The notes under the pieces: model-generated | The model's database searches: none | What the model was told of the DNA's origin: nothing | What the model saw: only the letters and a program-made list of their open reading frames with translations | Origin: Alphaproteobacteria bacterium | GTDB lineage: Bacteria > Pseudomonadota > Alphaproteobacteria > Bin95 | Direction: 5' to 3' | Length of the DNA stretch: 64,000 nucleotides | NCBI GenBank assembly: GCA_965205265.1 | Contig: CBDBGH010000003.1 | Location: 3,936,001-4,000,000, forward strand | Translations under genes and position numbers: made by a program | Shown: piece after piece, positions 28,839-40,247 of the stretch | Layout of the letters: every line of letters starts with the position of its first letter | Position numbering within the stretch: the stretch's first letter is position 1

Positions 28839-31800
28839 ATGGCGGGCAGGACGAGCAGACGCAGACGGGACATCAACACCTGGCCGGGCTTCGTGGACGC
28901 GCTGGCGAGCCTGCTGATGGTCGTCGTCTTCCTGGTCATGGTCTTCGTTCTGGCGCAGTTCTTCCTGAACGAGGCGCTCTCCGGGCGCGACGAGGCGCTG
29001 TCACGGCTGAACCGCGAGCTTGCCGAGCTCGCCGAGATGCTGGCGCTCGAGCAGACGACCAGCGCCGGCCTGCGCAACGACCTCGAGGCGCTGACGGCGG
29101 AGCTGCGCATCGTCACCGAGGCGCGCGACGACTATGCGGGCCGGCTGGAGACGATGACGGCCGAAGCCGAGCAGGCCGCCGGCACCGTCCTGCTGCTGCG
29201 CGAAGACTTCGCGCGGCTGACGGACAGCGCGGCCGCCGACCGGGACAGGCTGCAGGTCCAGGAAAGCGAAATCGAGCGCCTGGAGCGCAACCTGATTGCG
29301 CTCCAGCGCAGCCGGGATGCGCTGGAGGCGGCGCTTTCCGACTCGCGCCAGCAGAAGAGCGACGCCGACAAGGCGCTCGAAGAAGCACGCCGCCTGCTCG
29401 CCGCCAATCTCGAACGGCTCGCCGCGCGCGAGCGGGAGGCCGACGCCCTCAGCGCCCGGATCGAGGCGGTGCAGCAGGAATCCGCCAGCCGCGCCGAGGA
29501 GGTCGCGCGCCTCGACGCCGCGCTGCTGGCGAGCCGGGAGGAGACCGCCGCGCAGGCGGAGAAGCTGGCGGAGCTCAACCGGATGATGCGCGGCCTCCTG
29601 GCGGCGCGCGCGGCGCTGGAGGAAGACCTGGCCGCGCTCAGGACCGAGGGCGATGCGCAGGCTGCCGAGGCGGAACGGCTCAGGGCCGCGCTGGGCGAGG
29701 CCCGCCGCGCGCTCGCCCAGGCGAATGACGAGGCGGCGCGGCTGAAAACGGCGCTGGCGGAGAAGACGGAGACGGCGGCCGCCGACATCGCCGCGCTGGA
29801 GAAGGCGCTGGCGGCGGCGGAAATCGAAATCGGCCGCCTCACTGGCCGGCTGGCGGACTCCGAAGCGGGAGAGGCCGCAGGCCGGGAGGAAATCGCCCGG
29901 CTTGAGGCGGCGCGCGCCGAAGAGGCCGATGCGGCGAAATCCGACATCGCCGGGCTGGAGCGCGCGCTGGCGGCGGCGGAAGCGGAAATCGACCGCCTCG
30001 CTAGACAGCTGAAGGAGACCGAGGCGGGCCGGCTTGCCGAGGCGGATGCCGCGCGCGCGGAGATGGCGGCGGCCGAGGACAAAATCGCGCGCCTTTCCCG
30101 GCAATTGGCGGAAACCGAAGCCGACCGGAACGCCGGGCGGGAAGAGATTGCGCAACTGGAAACGGCGCGCGCCGGAGAGGCCCGGGCGGCGCAGGCGCGG
30201 ATCGCGGCTCTGGAACGGGCGCTGGCCGGCGCGCAGGACGAGATCGGGCGGCTGGCGGCGCGCCTTGCCGATATCGAGGGCCGGCGGCTCGCGGCACGGG
30301 ACGAAATCGCCCGGCTGGAGACCGCGCGGGCCGGAGAGGCGGAGGCGGCGCGCGCCCGGATTGCGAGCCTGGAACAGGCGCTGGCCGGAGCGCTGGCGAA
30401 AATCGACCGCCTTGGCGCGGCGCTCGCCGAAACCGAGGGCCGGCGGCTCGCGGCGCGGGACGAAATCGGCAGGCTGGAAGCCGCCCGGACCGCGGAGGCG
30501 GAGACCGCGCGCTCGGACATCGCGGCGCTGGAACGGACGCTGGAGGAGGAACGGAAGAACGCGGCCTCCCTTTCGGCCCGCCTCGCCGATACGGAAAGCC
30601 GGCGGGCCGCCGCCGTGGACGAAATCGCCAGGCTCAGGCAGGCGCTCGATGAGACTTCGGAAACGGCGGCATCGTTGCGACAGTCGCTGGCCGAAGCGAG
30701 GTCGGAAGCGGCGTCCCTCTCCGCGCAGCTCGGCGACACGGAGACCCGGCGCGCCGCAGGCGAGGACGAAATCGCCAGGCTCAGGCAGGCGCTGGAGGTG
30801 GAAACCGGGACGGCAGCCTCGCTGGAGCGGTCGCTCGCCGAAGCGAGGACGGAGGCCTCCTCTCTCTCCGCCCGGCTCGGCGACACGGAAACCCGCAGAG
30901 TTGCGGCGGAAGAAGAGATCGTCCGGCTCAGGCAGGCGCTTGAAGAGAAGTCGGAAGCGGCGGCGGTGCTGGAACGGGCGCTTGCGGCGGCCGAGGCAAG
31001 GGCGGAGGGCCTTGCCGGGCGCCTTGCCGAAGCGGAGGCCGGGCTGGCCGCCGGCGAACGGGAGATCGCAGGCCTGAAGCGGACGCGCGCCGAGGAGGCG
31101 GAAACCGCCCGCAGCAGTATCGCCGATCTGGAAGGCGCACTGGCGGCCGCGAAGGAGGAGATCGACTCCCTAGCAAGCCGGCTTGTCGATATGGAGATCG
31201 CCCGCCTTGCCCGGCAGCAGCGGATCGAGGCGCTGGCCGAAGCGCTTGCCGAGGCCGAGGCGAAGGCCGTCGCGCTTGCCGAAAGCCTGGAGAAAGCCGA
31301 GGCGGACCGGGCGGCCGGGCGGGAAGAAATCAGGCGGCTGGAGTCGGATACCGCCCGGTTCGAGGAAACGGCGAACCGGCAGCTTGCAGCGCTGCAGAAG
31401 GCGCTCGCGGAAGCGAGGGCGGAGGCCGCCGCCCGCGCCCGGCTGCTTGAAAGCGCCGAAGCCGAACGCGATGCGCAGGCGGCCGAAGCCGTGAGGCTCC
31501 GGGAAGCGCTGGCGGCGGCGGAAGGGAATGCGGCGTCGCTTGCGGAGCGGCTGGCGGCCGCGGAACGCGAGCGGGACGCGCAGCGCAATGAAGCCGCCCG
31601 GCTGGAGGCGGCGCTTGCCGAAGCGACCGCGAAACGGGAGGCGGACCAACGTGTCGGGGAAGGCAGGCTGGAGGACGCGCTCGCCAACGCCGCGCGGCTC
31701 CGCCAGCAGCTCGACCTCGTGCGCAAGCGCCTCGCCGAAGCGCGCGAGGAACTGCAATTGCGGCGCGGCGTTGCGCAGGGCGGCGAGTTTGGCGCGCCCC

Positions 31801-32726
31801 AGTCCGTATCGGCAGCCCTGTACGAAGTGGCGCAAACCCGCCTGGCGCAGCTCTCGGCTGAAAACACGCGTCTTCGGGACCAGCTGGCCGATCTCGACGC
31901 CATCGGGCGGGACAGCGAGGACCACATTGCCGCGCTGCGCCGGCAGATCGACGAGCAGATCGGGGAAATCGAGCGGCTGGAGGCGCTGCGCCGGGCGCTC
32001 GAGGCGGCGCGGGAGAAGATCGAAGCGGAGAAGGCCGAACAGGTCGACCGCCTGGCGTATCTGAGGACGCAGGCCGAGAAGGCGGAGGCCGAATCGCGGC
32101 TGGCGAAGGCCCAGGTCGCCCGGCTGGCCGCCAATATCCGGGCGCTCAAGGAGCAGGTGAAGCGGCTCAACGCGGCGCTGGAGGCTTCGGAGGCGAAGGC
32201 GGAGGGAGCCGAGACGCTGGTTCTGGACGCGCGGCTCAACAGCGCGCTCGTGCGCAAGATCGACGAGATGCGCCGCTTCCGCTCGGAGTTCGTCGGCAAG
32301 CTGCGCGAGGCACTGGCGGGCCAGCAATTGGTGCGGACCGAGGACGACCGCTTCTACCTGCCGGCCGAGGTGCTGTTCCTGAGCGGCTCCGCGGACCTCG
32401 ACGGGCGCGGAAAGGAGCGCGTGCGCCGCATCGGCAAGGCCCTGACCGACGTCGCGGGCAGGATCCCCGAAGATCTCGACTGGGTGCTGCGCGTGGACGG
32501 CCACACGGACCGGCAACGGCTTCGCGACAGGTCCCGCTACAAGACCAATTGGGAACTGTCGGTCGCGCGGGCGATTGCCGTGGTCAAGCTGCTGGTCGAG
32601 GCCGACGTGCCCGCCGAGCGGCTGGCCGCCACCGGCTTCGGCGAATTCCATCCGCTCGATCCGGCCGATACCAGGGACGCCTACCGGCGCAACCGGCGCA
32701 TCGAGTTTTCGCTCACCCGGAAGTGA
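28839..32726 (+). CDS. MotB/OmpA-family peptidoglycan-binding protein with a very long coiled coil (1295 aa)
   Basis: N-terminal WPGFVDAL TM segment. C-terminal VDGHTD...NWELSVARA...GFGEFHP...NRRIE. About 1050 aa of repeats between them. Confidence 0.9.
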   Translation: MAGRTSRRRRDINTWPGFVDALASLLMVVVFLVMVFVLAQFFLNEALSGRDEALSRLNRELAELAEMLALEQTTSAGLRNDLEALTAELRIVTEARDDYAGRLETMTAEAEQAAGTVLLLREDFARLTDSAAADRDRLQVQESEIERLERNLIALQRSRDALEAALSDSRQQKSDADKALEEARRLLAANLERLAAREREADALSARIEAVQQESASRAEEVARLDAALLASREETAAQAEKLAELNRMMRGLLAARAALEEDLAALRTEGDAQAAEAERLRAALGEARRALAQANDEAARLKTALAEKTETAAADIAALEKALAAAEIEIGRLTGRLADSEAGEAAGREEIARLEAARAEEADAAKSDIAGLERALAAAEAEIDRLARQLKETEAGRLAEADAARAEMAAAEDKIARLSRQLAETEADRNAGREEIAQLETARAGEARAAQARIAALERALAGAQDEIGRLAARLADIEGRRLAARDEIARLETARAGEAEAARARIASLEQALAGALAKIDRLGAALAETEGRRLAARDEIGRLEAARTAEAETARSDIAALERTLEEERKNAASLSARLADTESRRAAAVDEIARLRQALDETSETAASLRQSLAEARSEAASLSAQLGDTETRRAAGEDEIARLRQALEVETGTAASLERSLAEARTEASSLSARLGDTETRRVAAEEEIVRLRQALEEKSEAAAVLERALAAAEARAEGLAGRLAEAEAGLAAGEREIAGLKRTRAEEAETARSSIADLEGALAAAKEEIDSLASRLVDMEIARLARQQRIEALAEALAEAEAKAVALAESLEKAEADRAAGREEIRRLESDTARFEETANRQLAALQKALAEARAEAAARARLLESAEAERDAQAAEAVRLREALAAAEGNAASLAERLAAAERERDAQRNEAARLEAALAEATAKREADQRVGEGRLEDALANAARLRQQLDLVRKRLAEAREELQLRRGVAQGGEFGAPQSVSAALYEVAQTRLAQLSAENTRLRDQLADLDAIGRDSEDHIAALRRQIDEQIGEIERLEALRRALEAAREKIEAEKAEQVDRLAYLRTQAEKAEAESRLAKAQVARLAANIRALKEQVKRLNAALEASEAKAEGAETLVLDARLNSALVRKIDEMRRFRSEFVGKLREALAGQQLVRTEDDRFYLPAEVLFLSGSADLDGRGKERVRRIGKALTDVAGRIPEDLDWVLRVDGHTDRQRLRDRSRYKTNWELSVARAIAVVKLLVEADVPAERLAATGFGEFHPLDPADTRDAYRRNRRIEFSLTRK

Positions 32727-32871
32727 CGCCGGCGGTCTGCGGACCGGAGCCGATGACGGGGCCGCACCCACCGTCGCCCCGGCCCCCATTCGTCGCCCCC
32801 GCGAAGGCGGGAGCCCATCCCCGATTCCCGATGCCGCCGCAGCTGGTGGAGAGGAGGCCGGACCCTCTTCC

Positions 32872-33316
32872 CGTCATGCCCGGACTTGTTCCATTGCTGT
32901 CCGGTTCAGCCATTGGGTGAGGCTGAACGGGGGTCCGCCGGGGGTTTCGGGGGCGCGCGGCGTCTGCGATCCGCCCCTTGCCCGTGAGGCTCGAACGCCC
33001 CCCTTCGGCAGGCTCAGGGCAGGCTCTTTCGTCATGCCCGGACTTGTTCCACGGCTGTCCGGTTTAGCCATCGGGGGGAGCCGAACGGGGTGTCGGGAGC
33101 GCACCGCGTCTGCGATCCGCCCCTTGCCCGTGAGGCCCCAACGCCCTCCTTCGACAAGCTCAGGACAGGCTTCTCCGTCATACCCGGACTTGTTCCGGGT
33201 ATCCACACGGCCGCCCGGCTGAGCCGCTTGAGAGAGATACCCGGAACAAGTCCGGGTATGACGATATGGGGCGGGTATGACGATGTGAGGGTCGGGCATG
33301 ACGACTTGGGGACCGG
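32872..33316. repeat. Largest composite REP array: two tandem ~150-bp units plus an inverted REP pair
   Basis: Units start near 32872 and 33030 with CGTCATGCCCGGACTTGTTCCA..GCTGTCCGGTT.AGCCAT and both contain CGTCTGCGATCCGCCCCTTGCCCGTGAGGC. REP pair at 33176-33263. Confidence 0.88.
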
Positions 33317-33345
33317 GCTGCCGGTCCTCGACGCGGCCGCTGGCG

Positions 33346-34224
33346 TCAGGCCGCCGACCGGCGCAATTTCGTGCGCACGCCCAGCATATGGCAGACCGCC
33401 CGGGTGAGCTCCGGCCGGTTGAGGGTGTAGAAATGGAGGCTTTCCACGCCTTCGGCCTCCAGGCGCCGGCACTGCTCGACCGCGACCGTGGCCGCGACCA
33501 TGCGCCGGGTCTCCGGGTCGTCGTCGAGGCCCTCGAACTGGGCGCCGAGCCAGGCCGGCACCTGCGTTCCGCAAAGCGCGGCGAACCGTTTCGCCTGGGT
33601 GAAATTGCCGATCGGCAGGATGCCCGGAACGATTTCGCAATCGATCCCGGCCTTGCCGCACCTGTCCCGGAACCGGAGAAAACGGTCGGTCTCGAAGAAG
33701 AACTGCGTGATCGCGCGCGCCGCTCCGGCGTCCAGCTTGCGCTTCAGATAGTCGATTTCGAACGCCGGGCCCGGCGCATCGGGATGGCCCTCCGGATAGG
33801 CGGAGACGCTGATTTCGAAATCGTGCAGGCGGCGCAGGCCGGCGACGAGGTCCAGAGCATAGGCATAACCGCCGGGATGCGGCCTGTAGCGCTCGCCGAT
33901 GCCGGACGGCGGGTCGCCGCGCAGAGCCACGATATGGCGCAGGCCCGCCTGCCAGTAGGCGCGGGCCGCCTCGTCGATCTCTTCCCGCGATGCGCCGGCG
34001 CATGTCAGATGCACGGCCACGGCGAGCCCCGTTTCGCGGGCGATGCGGGCCGCGACGGCCGCCGTGCGCCCGCGCGCGCTTTCTCCCGCCCCGCCTCCGG
34101 CCCCGCAGGTGACCGACACGAAACGGGGCCCGAGCGGCGCCAGGCCATCCAGTGCGCGCCTGAGGCCGCCCTCCCCCGCCGCCGTCTTGGGCGGAAAGAA
34201 CTCGAAGGAAACGGCGAGCGTCAC
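33346..34224 (-). CDS. metF: Methylenetetrahydrofolate reductase
   Basis: VSFEFFPPK, HLTC, ALRGD, AYPEGHP, ITQFFF, HFYTLN. Confidence 0.96.
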   Translation of the reverse strand: MTLAVSFEFFPPKTAAGEGGLRRALDGLAPLGPRFVSVTCGAGGGAGESARGRTAAVAARIARETGLAVAVHLTCAGASREEIDEAARAYWQAGLRHIVALRGDPPSGIGERYRPHPGGYAYALDLVAGLRRLHDFEISVSAYPEGHPDAPGPAFEIDYLKRKLDAGAARAITQFFFETDRFLRFRDRCGKAGIDCEIVPGILPIGNFTQAKRFAALCGTQVPAWLGAQFEGLDDDPETRRMVAATVAVEQCRRLEAEGVESLHFYTLNRPELTRAVCHMLGVRTKLRRSAA

Positions 34225-34411
34225 AGGACGGCCTCCGGGCGGCGCCCGGCGGTCGGCGGAAGGGGAATGGCGGCGGGCTGCAGCATGATGCCGGCCACTT
34301 ATAGGGGCGCCCGCCCGCCCTGTCACCTTTGGCCGCATGCCGCGTGTTTTTGCGGTTCCGGAGTTGTATGCTACCCACTCGCGGGACACGCCCGGAGAGT
34401 GCGAAACGCAG

Positions 34412-35311
34412 ATGCGAGAAGGGTTCGAGAGCAGACCCCGCACATCCTGCCCTCCGGTCGCCAGCGGGCGCCCCGCTGCCGCGGGCCGGTTGCCGGGCGT
34501 TGCGGCGGCTTTTTTCCTGGTTTTTCTCCTCGCCGTCGCCGCGCCGCTGCCTTCGAGCGCCGGCGAGGAACCGGAGGATGTTTCCTACGGCGACCCGCTG
34601 GAGCCGCTGAACCGGATCGTCTTCGCCGTCAACGAGATGCTCGACACGATCGTCCTGCGCCCCGCCGCCTTCGTGTATGGCAAGGTCGCGCCCGCCCCGG
34701 TGAAGCGCGGCGTCCGCAATGTGATCCGCCACCTGTCGCTCCCGTTCACATTCGTCAACGACGTCGCCCAGGGCGAATGGGAGCGCTCCGGCGACACCGC
34801 CCAGCGCTTCGTCCTCAACACCATGATCGGCTTCGTCGGCCTCATCGATGTCGCCGAAGACCACGGCCTGCCCCACCGCAGCACCGACTTCGGAAGCACG
34901 CTGGCGTCATGGGGCGTCGGCGAAGGGCCGTATCTGGTGTTGCCGCTCGCGGGCCCCTCCAATCTCCGGGACGGCGCCGGCCTTGTCGTTCAGAGCGTTG
35001 CAGACCCGGTCGATATCGCGTTTCGCAAGGCCGACCTCGACCATATGCCGCTGGTGCGCGCGGGCGTGGCGACGATCGATTTCCGGCACCGCAACCTGGA
35101 TACGCTGGACGATTTCAAGGCGAACGCGCTCGACTACTACGCCTTCATCCGCACGCTTTACCGCCAGCGCCGGGCCTTCGAGACCGATGGCGGACAGGAG
35201 ATGTATCTCCGCGGCAAGCAGGACGGCGAGGACGAGGAATATGCCTATCCGCCGCCGCGGCCCGACTTCAGCCGCGGCGCGCCGCCCGTCGAGACCCGGC
35301 CGGCCCAGTGA
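34412..35311 (+). CDS. mlaA: VacJ/MlaA family protein (start uncertain)
   Basis: DPLEPLNR, RFVLNT, DFGSTLASWGVGEGPYLVLP..GPSNLRD. Confidence 0.9.
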   Translation: MREGFESRPRTSCPPVASGRPAAAGRLPGVAAAFFLVFLLAVAAPLPSSAGEEPEDVSYGDPLEPLNRIVFAVNEMLDTIVLRPAAFVYGKVAPAPVKRGVRNVIRHLSLPFTFVNDVAQGEWERSGDTAQRFVLNTMIGFVGLIDVAEDHGLPHRSTDFGSTLASWGVGEGPYLVLPLAGPSNLRDGAGLVVQSVADPVDIAFRKADLDHMPLVRAGVATIDFRHRNLDTLDDFKANALDYYAFIRTLYRQRRAFETDGGQEMYLRGKQDGEDEEYAYPPPRPDFSRGAPPVETRPAQ

Positions 35312-35328
35312 AACCGGGAGCTTCCGTC

Positions 35329-35919
35329 ATGCGTCCGTCGCGCCTCGCCGTAATCCTGCCCTTCCTTCTGCTTGTCGTTGCCGGTCCGGCAAGGGCGGAT
35401 GAAGGCGCTGGCGGCTTTATCCGGGAGCTTGCAGCCAATGTGCTTCCGCAACTGACCGACCCTACGACGCCGGTTGACGAGCGCCGCGCCCGCTTCCGCG
35501 AGGTCCTGAGCCGGGATTTCGATCTGGACAAGATCGGCAAGCTGGTGCTGGGGCGGCATTGGCGCCGGGCCAAGCCCGCGCAACGGGCGGATTTCAGGGG
35601 GCTGCTGGAAAACTACCTGTCCGGCCTTTACACGAACCGCTTCGAGGACCTGGCGGGCTTGCAGATCAGGGTGGACGGGGTCCGCGACTTCGAGGGCTGG
35701 TCCATGGTCTATACGACGGCGACGCGCCCCGAGGGCAAGCCGCCCGTCCTGTTGGACTGGCGGGTGGACCTCAAAAACGGTGGCTATGCAATCACCGACC
35801 TGGTGATCGAAGGCGTGAGCATGGTCATCGCCCAGCGCGAGGAGTTCTCCGCAATCGTGCTCGAATCCGGCGGCCTCGACGGACTGCTGCTCAGGCTCCG
35901 CGCAAGAATCGCGGGCTAG
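35329..35919 (+). CDS. mlaC: MlaC/Ttg2D phospholipid-binding protein
   Basis: Signal peptide, VLGRHWR, ITDLVIEGVSMVIAQREEF. Confidence 0.9.
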   Translation: MRPSRLAVILPFLLLVVAGPARADEGAGGFIRELAANVLPQLTDPTTPVDERRARFREVLSRDFDLDKIGKLVLGRHWRRAKPAQRADFRGLLENYLSGLYTNRFEDLAGLQIRVDGVRDFEGWSMVYTTATRPEGKPPVLLDWRVDLKNGGYAITDLVIEGVSMVIAQREEFSAIVLESGGLDGLLLRLRARIAG

Positions 35920-36094
35920 CCCGCATTTCTCACGAAGGTCGCGGCCTGCGCGGCGCTGTGGGTCGCGCCCAGGCGTCCGCCCGCGGCGTCGCGGGCCTCA
36001 ACCGTAGTCGCTGCTACGCTTTTCGGCCCACTCCTTGCGGAGCGGACGCCTGGACAGCGACGCAGGCCGCGACCTTCGTGAGAAATGCGGGCTA
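35917..36094. mobile_element. 178-bp MITE-like palindromic element
   Basis: Perfect 34-bp terminal inverted repeats (35917-35950 / 36061-36094), nested inner inverted repeats, TA at both ends. Confidence 0.75.
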
Positions 36095-36943
36095 ACGCCT
36101 CAGGCGGTCCAGCAGGTCGTCGAGCTGCTCCAGATTGCGGTAGTGCAGGGTGAGGCTGCCGCCTTCGCCTCTTTGCGTCAGCGACACTCTGAGGCCGAGC
36201 GAGTCGGCGAGTTCGCCCTCCAGCGCCAGCGCGTCCTCATCCCTCGCCGCCGCCGGCCTGCCGCGCCCGCTCTGCCGTTCGCGGACGAGGCGCTCGACGC
36301 GGCGCACGCTCAGCCCGTCCGCGGCGATCCGGTGCGACAGGGCGACGGGGTCCGGGTCGGCGAGCAGGGCGCGGGCATGGCCGGCGGACAGCGAGCCGTC
36401 ATCGACAAGATTGCGCACAGGCTCCGGCAGCGAAAGCAGTCTGAGCGTGTTGGCGATATGCGGCCGGCTGCGGCCCACCACGGTCGAGAGCCGTTCCTGC
36501 GTGCAGCCGAATTCCTCCAGAAGCCGCCTGTAGCCCTCGGCTTCCTCGATGGGCGAGAGGGCGTTGCGCTGGATGTTCTCGGCGAGCGCCGCCTCCATCG
36601 CGGTCCGGTCGTCGAGCTCGCGGACCGAGACCGGCACCTCCGCGAGCCCGGCGCGGGTGGCAGCCAGCCAGCGCCGTTCGCCGGCGACGATCTCGTAATG
36701 GCCGGGCTTCTTCGCCTGCGGCCGCACCAGGATCGGCTGCAGGACGCCCTGTTCGCGGATCGACTGCGCAAGCGCATCCAGCGCCTCCTCGCCGAACTGC
36801 CGCCGGGGCTGGAAGCGGCCGGGCGCCAGCCGGTCGACCGGGACCGCGCGGGCGCCGGCCGGCGGATCCCGGTCCGGGACCGGGGTGTCCGGGATCAGCG
36901 TCGAAAGGCCGCCGCCGAGACGGGCCGGTCTGTCGCTGCTCAT
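36092..36943 (-). CDS. parB: Chromosome partitioning protein ParB
   Basis: LGGGL, QPRRQF, GVLQPILVR, AGERRW, ENIQR, HTH SRPHIANTLRLL. Confidence 0.96.
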   Translation of the reverse strand: MSSDRPARLGGGLSTLIPDTPVPDRDPPAGARAVPVDRLAPGRFQPRRQFGEEALDALAQSIREQGVLQPILVRPQAKKPGHYEIVAGERRWLAATRAGLAEVPVSVRELDDRTAMEAALAENIQRNALSPIEEAEGYRRLLEEFGCTQERLSTVVGRSRPHIANTLRLLSLPEPVRNLVDDGSLSAGHARALLADPDPVALSHRIAADGLSVRRVERLVRERQSGRGRPAAARDEDALALEGELADSLGLRVSLTQRGEGGSLTLHYRNLEQLDDLLDRLRR

Positions 36944-37731
36944 GGGGCGCCCTCCTCCCGGCGCAGGAACTCGCCCGCGAAGCGGATATAGGCCTGCGAG
37001 CCGCTGGCCCTCATATCGTAAACGATGACGGGCTTGCCGTGCGAGGGCGCTTCCGACACGCGCACATTGCGCGGGATGACGGTGTCGTAAACCAGGCGGC
37101 CGAACTCGGCGTGGCCGCGCACATCGGCCTCGACCTCGGCGGAGAGGCGGTTGCGGCGGTCGGACATGGTGAGCAGGATGCCCGCCCAGGTGAGGCTCGG
37201 ATTGAGCGCGGCGCGCACCGCCTCGACGGTCCGCCTGAGCAGGACGAGGCCCTCGAGCGCCAGGAACTCGGTCTGGAGCGGCACCAGCACGCGGCGGGCG
37301 GCGGTCAGCGCGTTGACGGTGAGCAGGCCGAGCGAGGGCGGGCAGTCGATCAACACATAGTCGTAGCGCCCGGCAGCGCCTCCAAGGGCGTCGCACAGCC
37401 TCGTCTCCCGCAGAGGCGTGTCCGCCAGCTCGATTTCCGCGCCGAACAACTGCGCCGTGGACGGCACGAGGTCGAAACCGGCGAGCCCCGTCGCCATGGC
37501 GGCATCGTCGAGGCGGGCGCCCGCCAGCATGAGATCCCACGCGCCGAGCCGCCGCCGGTCCGGGGCGATGCCGAGGCCCGTGCTGGCATTGCCCTGGGGG
37601 TCGAGGTCCACCACCAGCGCCCGGCGGCCGGTCGCCGCGAGCGCCGTGGCGAGATTGACGGCGGTGGTCGTCTTGGCGACGCCGCCCTTCTGGTTGACGA
37701 CGGCGTGGATGCGCGCGCCGTCAGGCGGCAT
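36940..37731 (-). CDS. parA: Chromosome partitioning ATPase ParA
   Basis: NQKGGVAKTTT, DLDPQGNAS, DCPPSLG, IPRNVRVSEAPSHG. Confidence 0.96.
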   Translation of the reverse strand: MPPDGARIHAVVNQKGGVAKTTTAVNLATALAATGRRALVVDLDPQGNASTGLGIAPDRRRLGAWDLMLAGARLDDAAMATGLAGFDLVPSTAQLFGAEIELADTPLRETRLCDALGGAAGRYDYVLIDCPPSLGLLTVNALTAARRVLVPLQTEFLALEGLVLLRRTVEAVRAALNPSLTWAGILLTMSDRRNRLSAEVEADVRGHAEFGRLVYDTVIPRNVRVSEAPSHGKPVIVYDMRASGSQAYIRFAGEFLRREEGAP

Positions 37732-38312
37732 GGGAGACGTCCCGGAGCTCGAGGACCACGCCCTCCGGCGCGCTCAGGCTCGCATGGCGGCGCACCCCGA
37801 TCCGCCAGCGGGCGCGGGCGGCCTCGATCTCTTCCTCGGCGCGCGCGCCCTTGAGGAAAAGGCAGACGCCGCCCGGGGCCAGAAGCGGCAGCGCCAGACC
37901 GAGCAGCCGGTCGAGCGGCGCGCAGGCCCGCGCAGCGACGACATCGGCCTCGAGCGCAAGGCTCTCGGCGCGGGCGTTATGCACCGCGGCCGGGGCCTCT
38001 GTCGCGCGCACCGCCTCGGCGAGGAAGGCCGCCTTGCGCGCATCGCTCTCGATGAGATCGACCGGCCCGCCGCGCATTATCGCAAGCACAAGGCCCGGAA
38101 AGCCCGCGCCCGAGCCGAGGTCCGCCAGCCGCGCGCCGGCGGGGACGAGGGGCGAAAGCTGGGCGCTGTCCAGAACATGCCGGCGCCAGGGGTCCGCGAG
38201 GGTGGCCGCGCCGACCAGATTGATGCGCTTCTGCCAGCGGGCCAGCAATGCCAGGTGCCGGGCGAGCCGGTCCGATGTTTCACGTGAAACACCGGTCATG
38301 CGCGCGAAGTCC

Positions 38313-38335
<23 letters not shown>
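37721..38335 (-). CDS. rsmG: 16S rRNA m7G527 methyltransferase
   Basis: [24 protein letters not shown]. Confidence 0.95.
38276..38291. promoter_or_regulatory. parS site (within rsmG)
   Basis: Perfect palindrome TGTTTCACGTGAAACA. Confidence 0.95.
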
Positions 38336-40151
<1,816 letters not shown>

Positions 40152-40212
40152 GCCCCGGTCCAATAGGCCCAAGCGCGGCGCGGGGCAAGCCCGGCGCGCT
40201 TCTCCGGCACCG

Positions 40213-40228
40213 TGTTTCACGTGAAACG
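40213..40228. promoter_or_regulatory. parS site upstream of mnmG
   Basis: TGTTTCACGTGAAACG (15/16 match to consensus). Confidence 0.92.
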
Positions 40229-40247
40229 CTCGCGTTTCAGCCGGCCC

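Noticed and set aside
32872-33316. Repeat clusters considered as a CRISPR array
   Set aside because: The intervening segments are themselves homologous, the repeats occur in inverted pairs, and no cas genes are present. They are REP composites.
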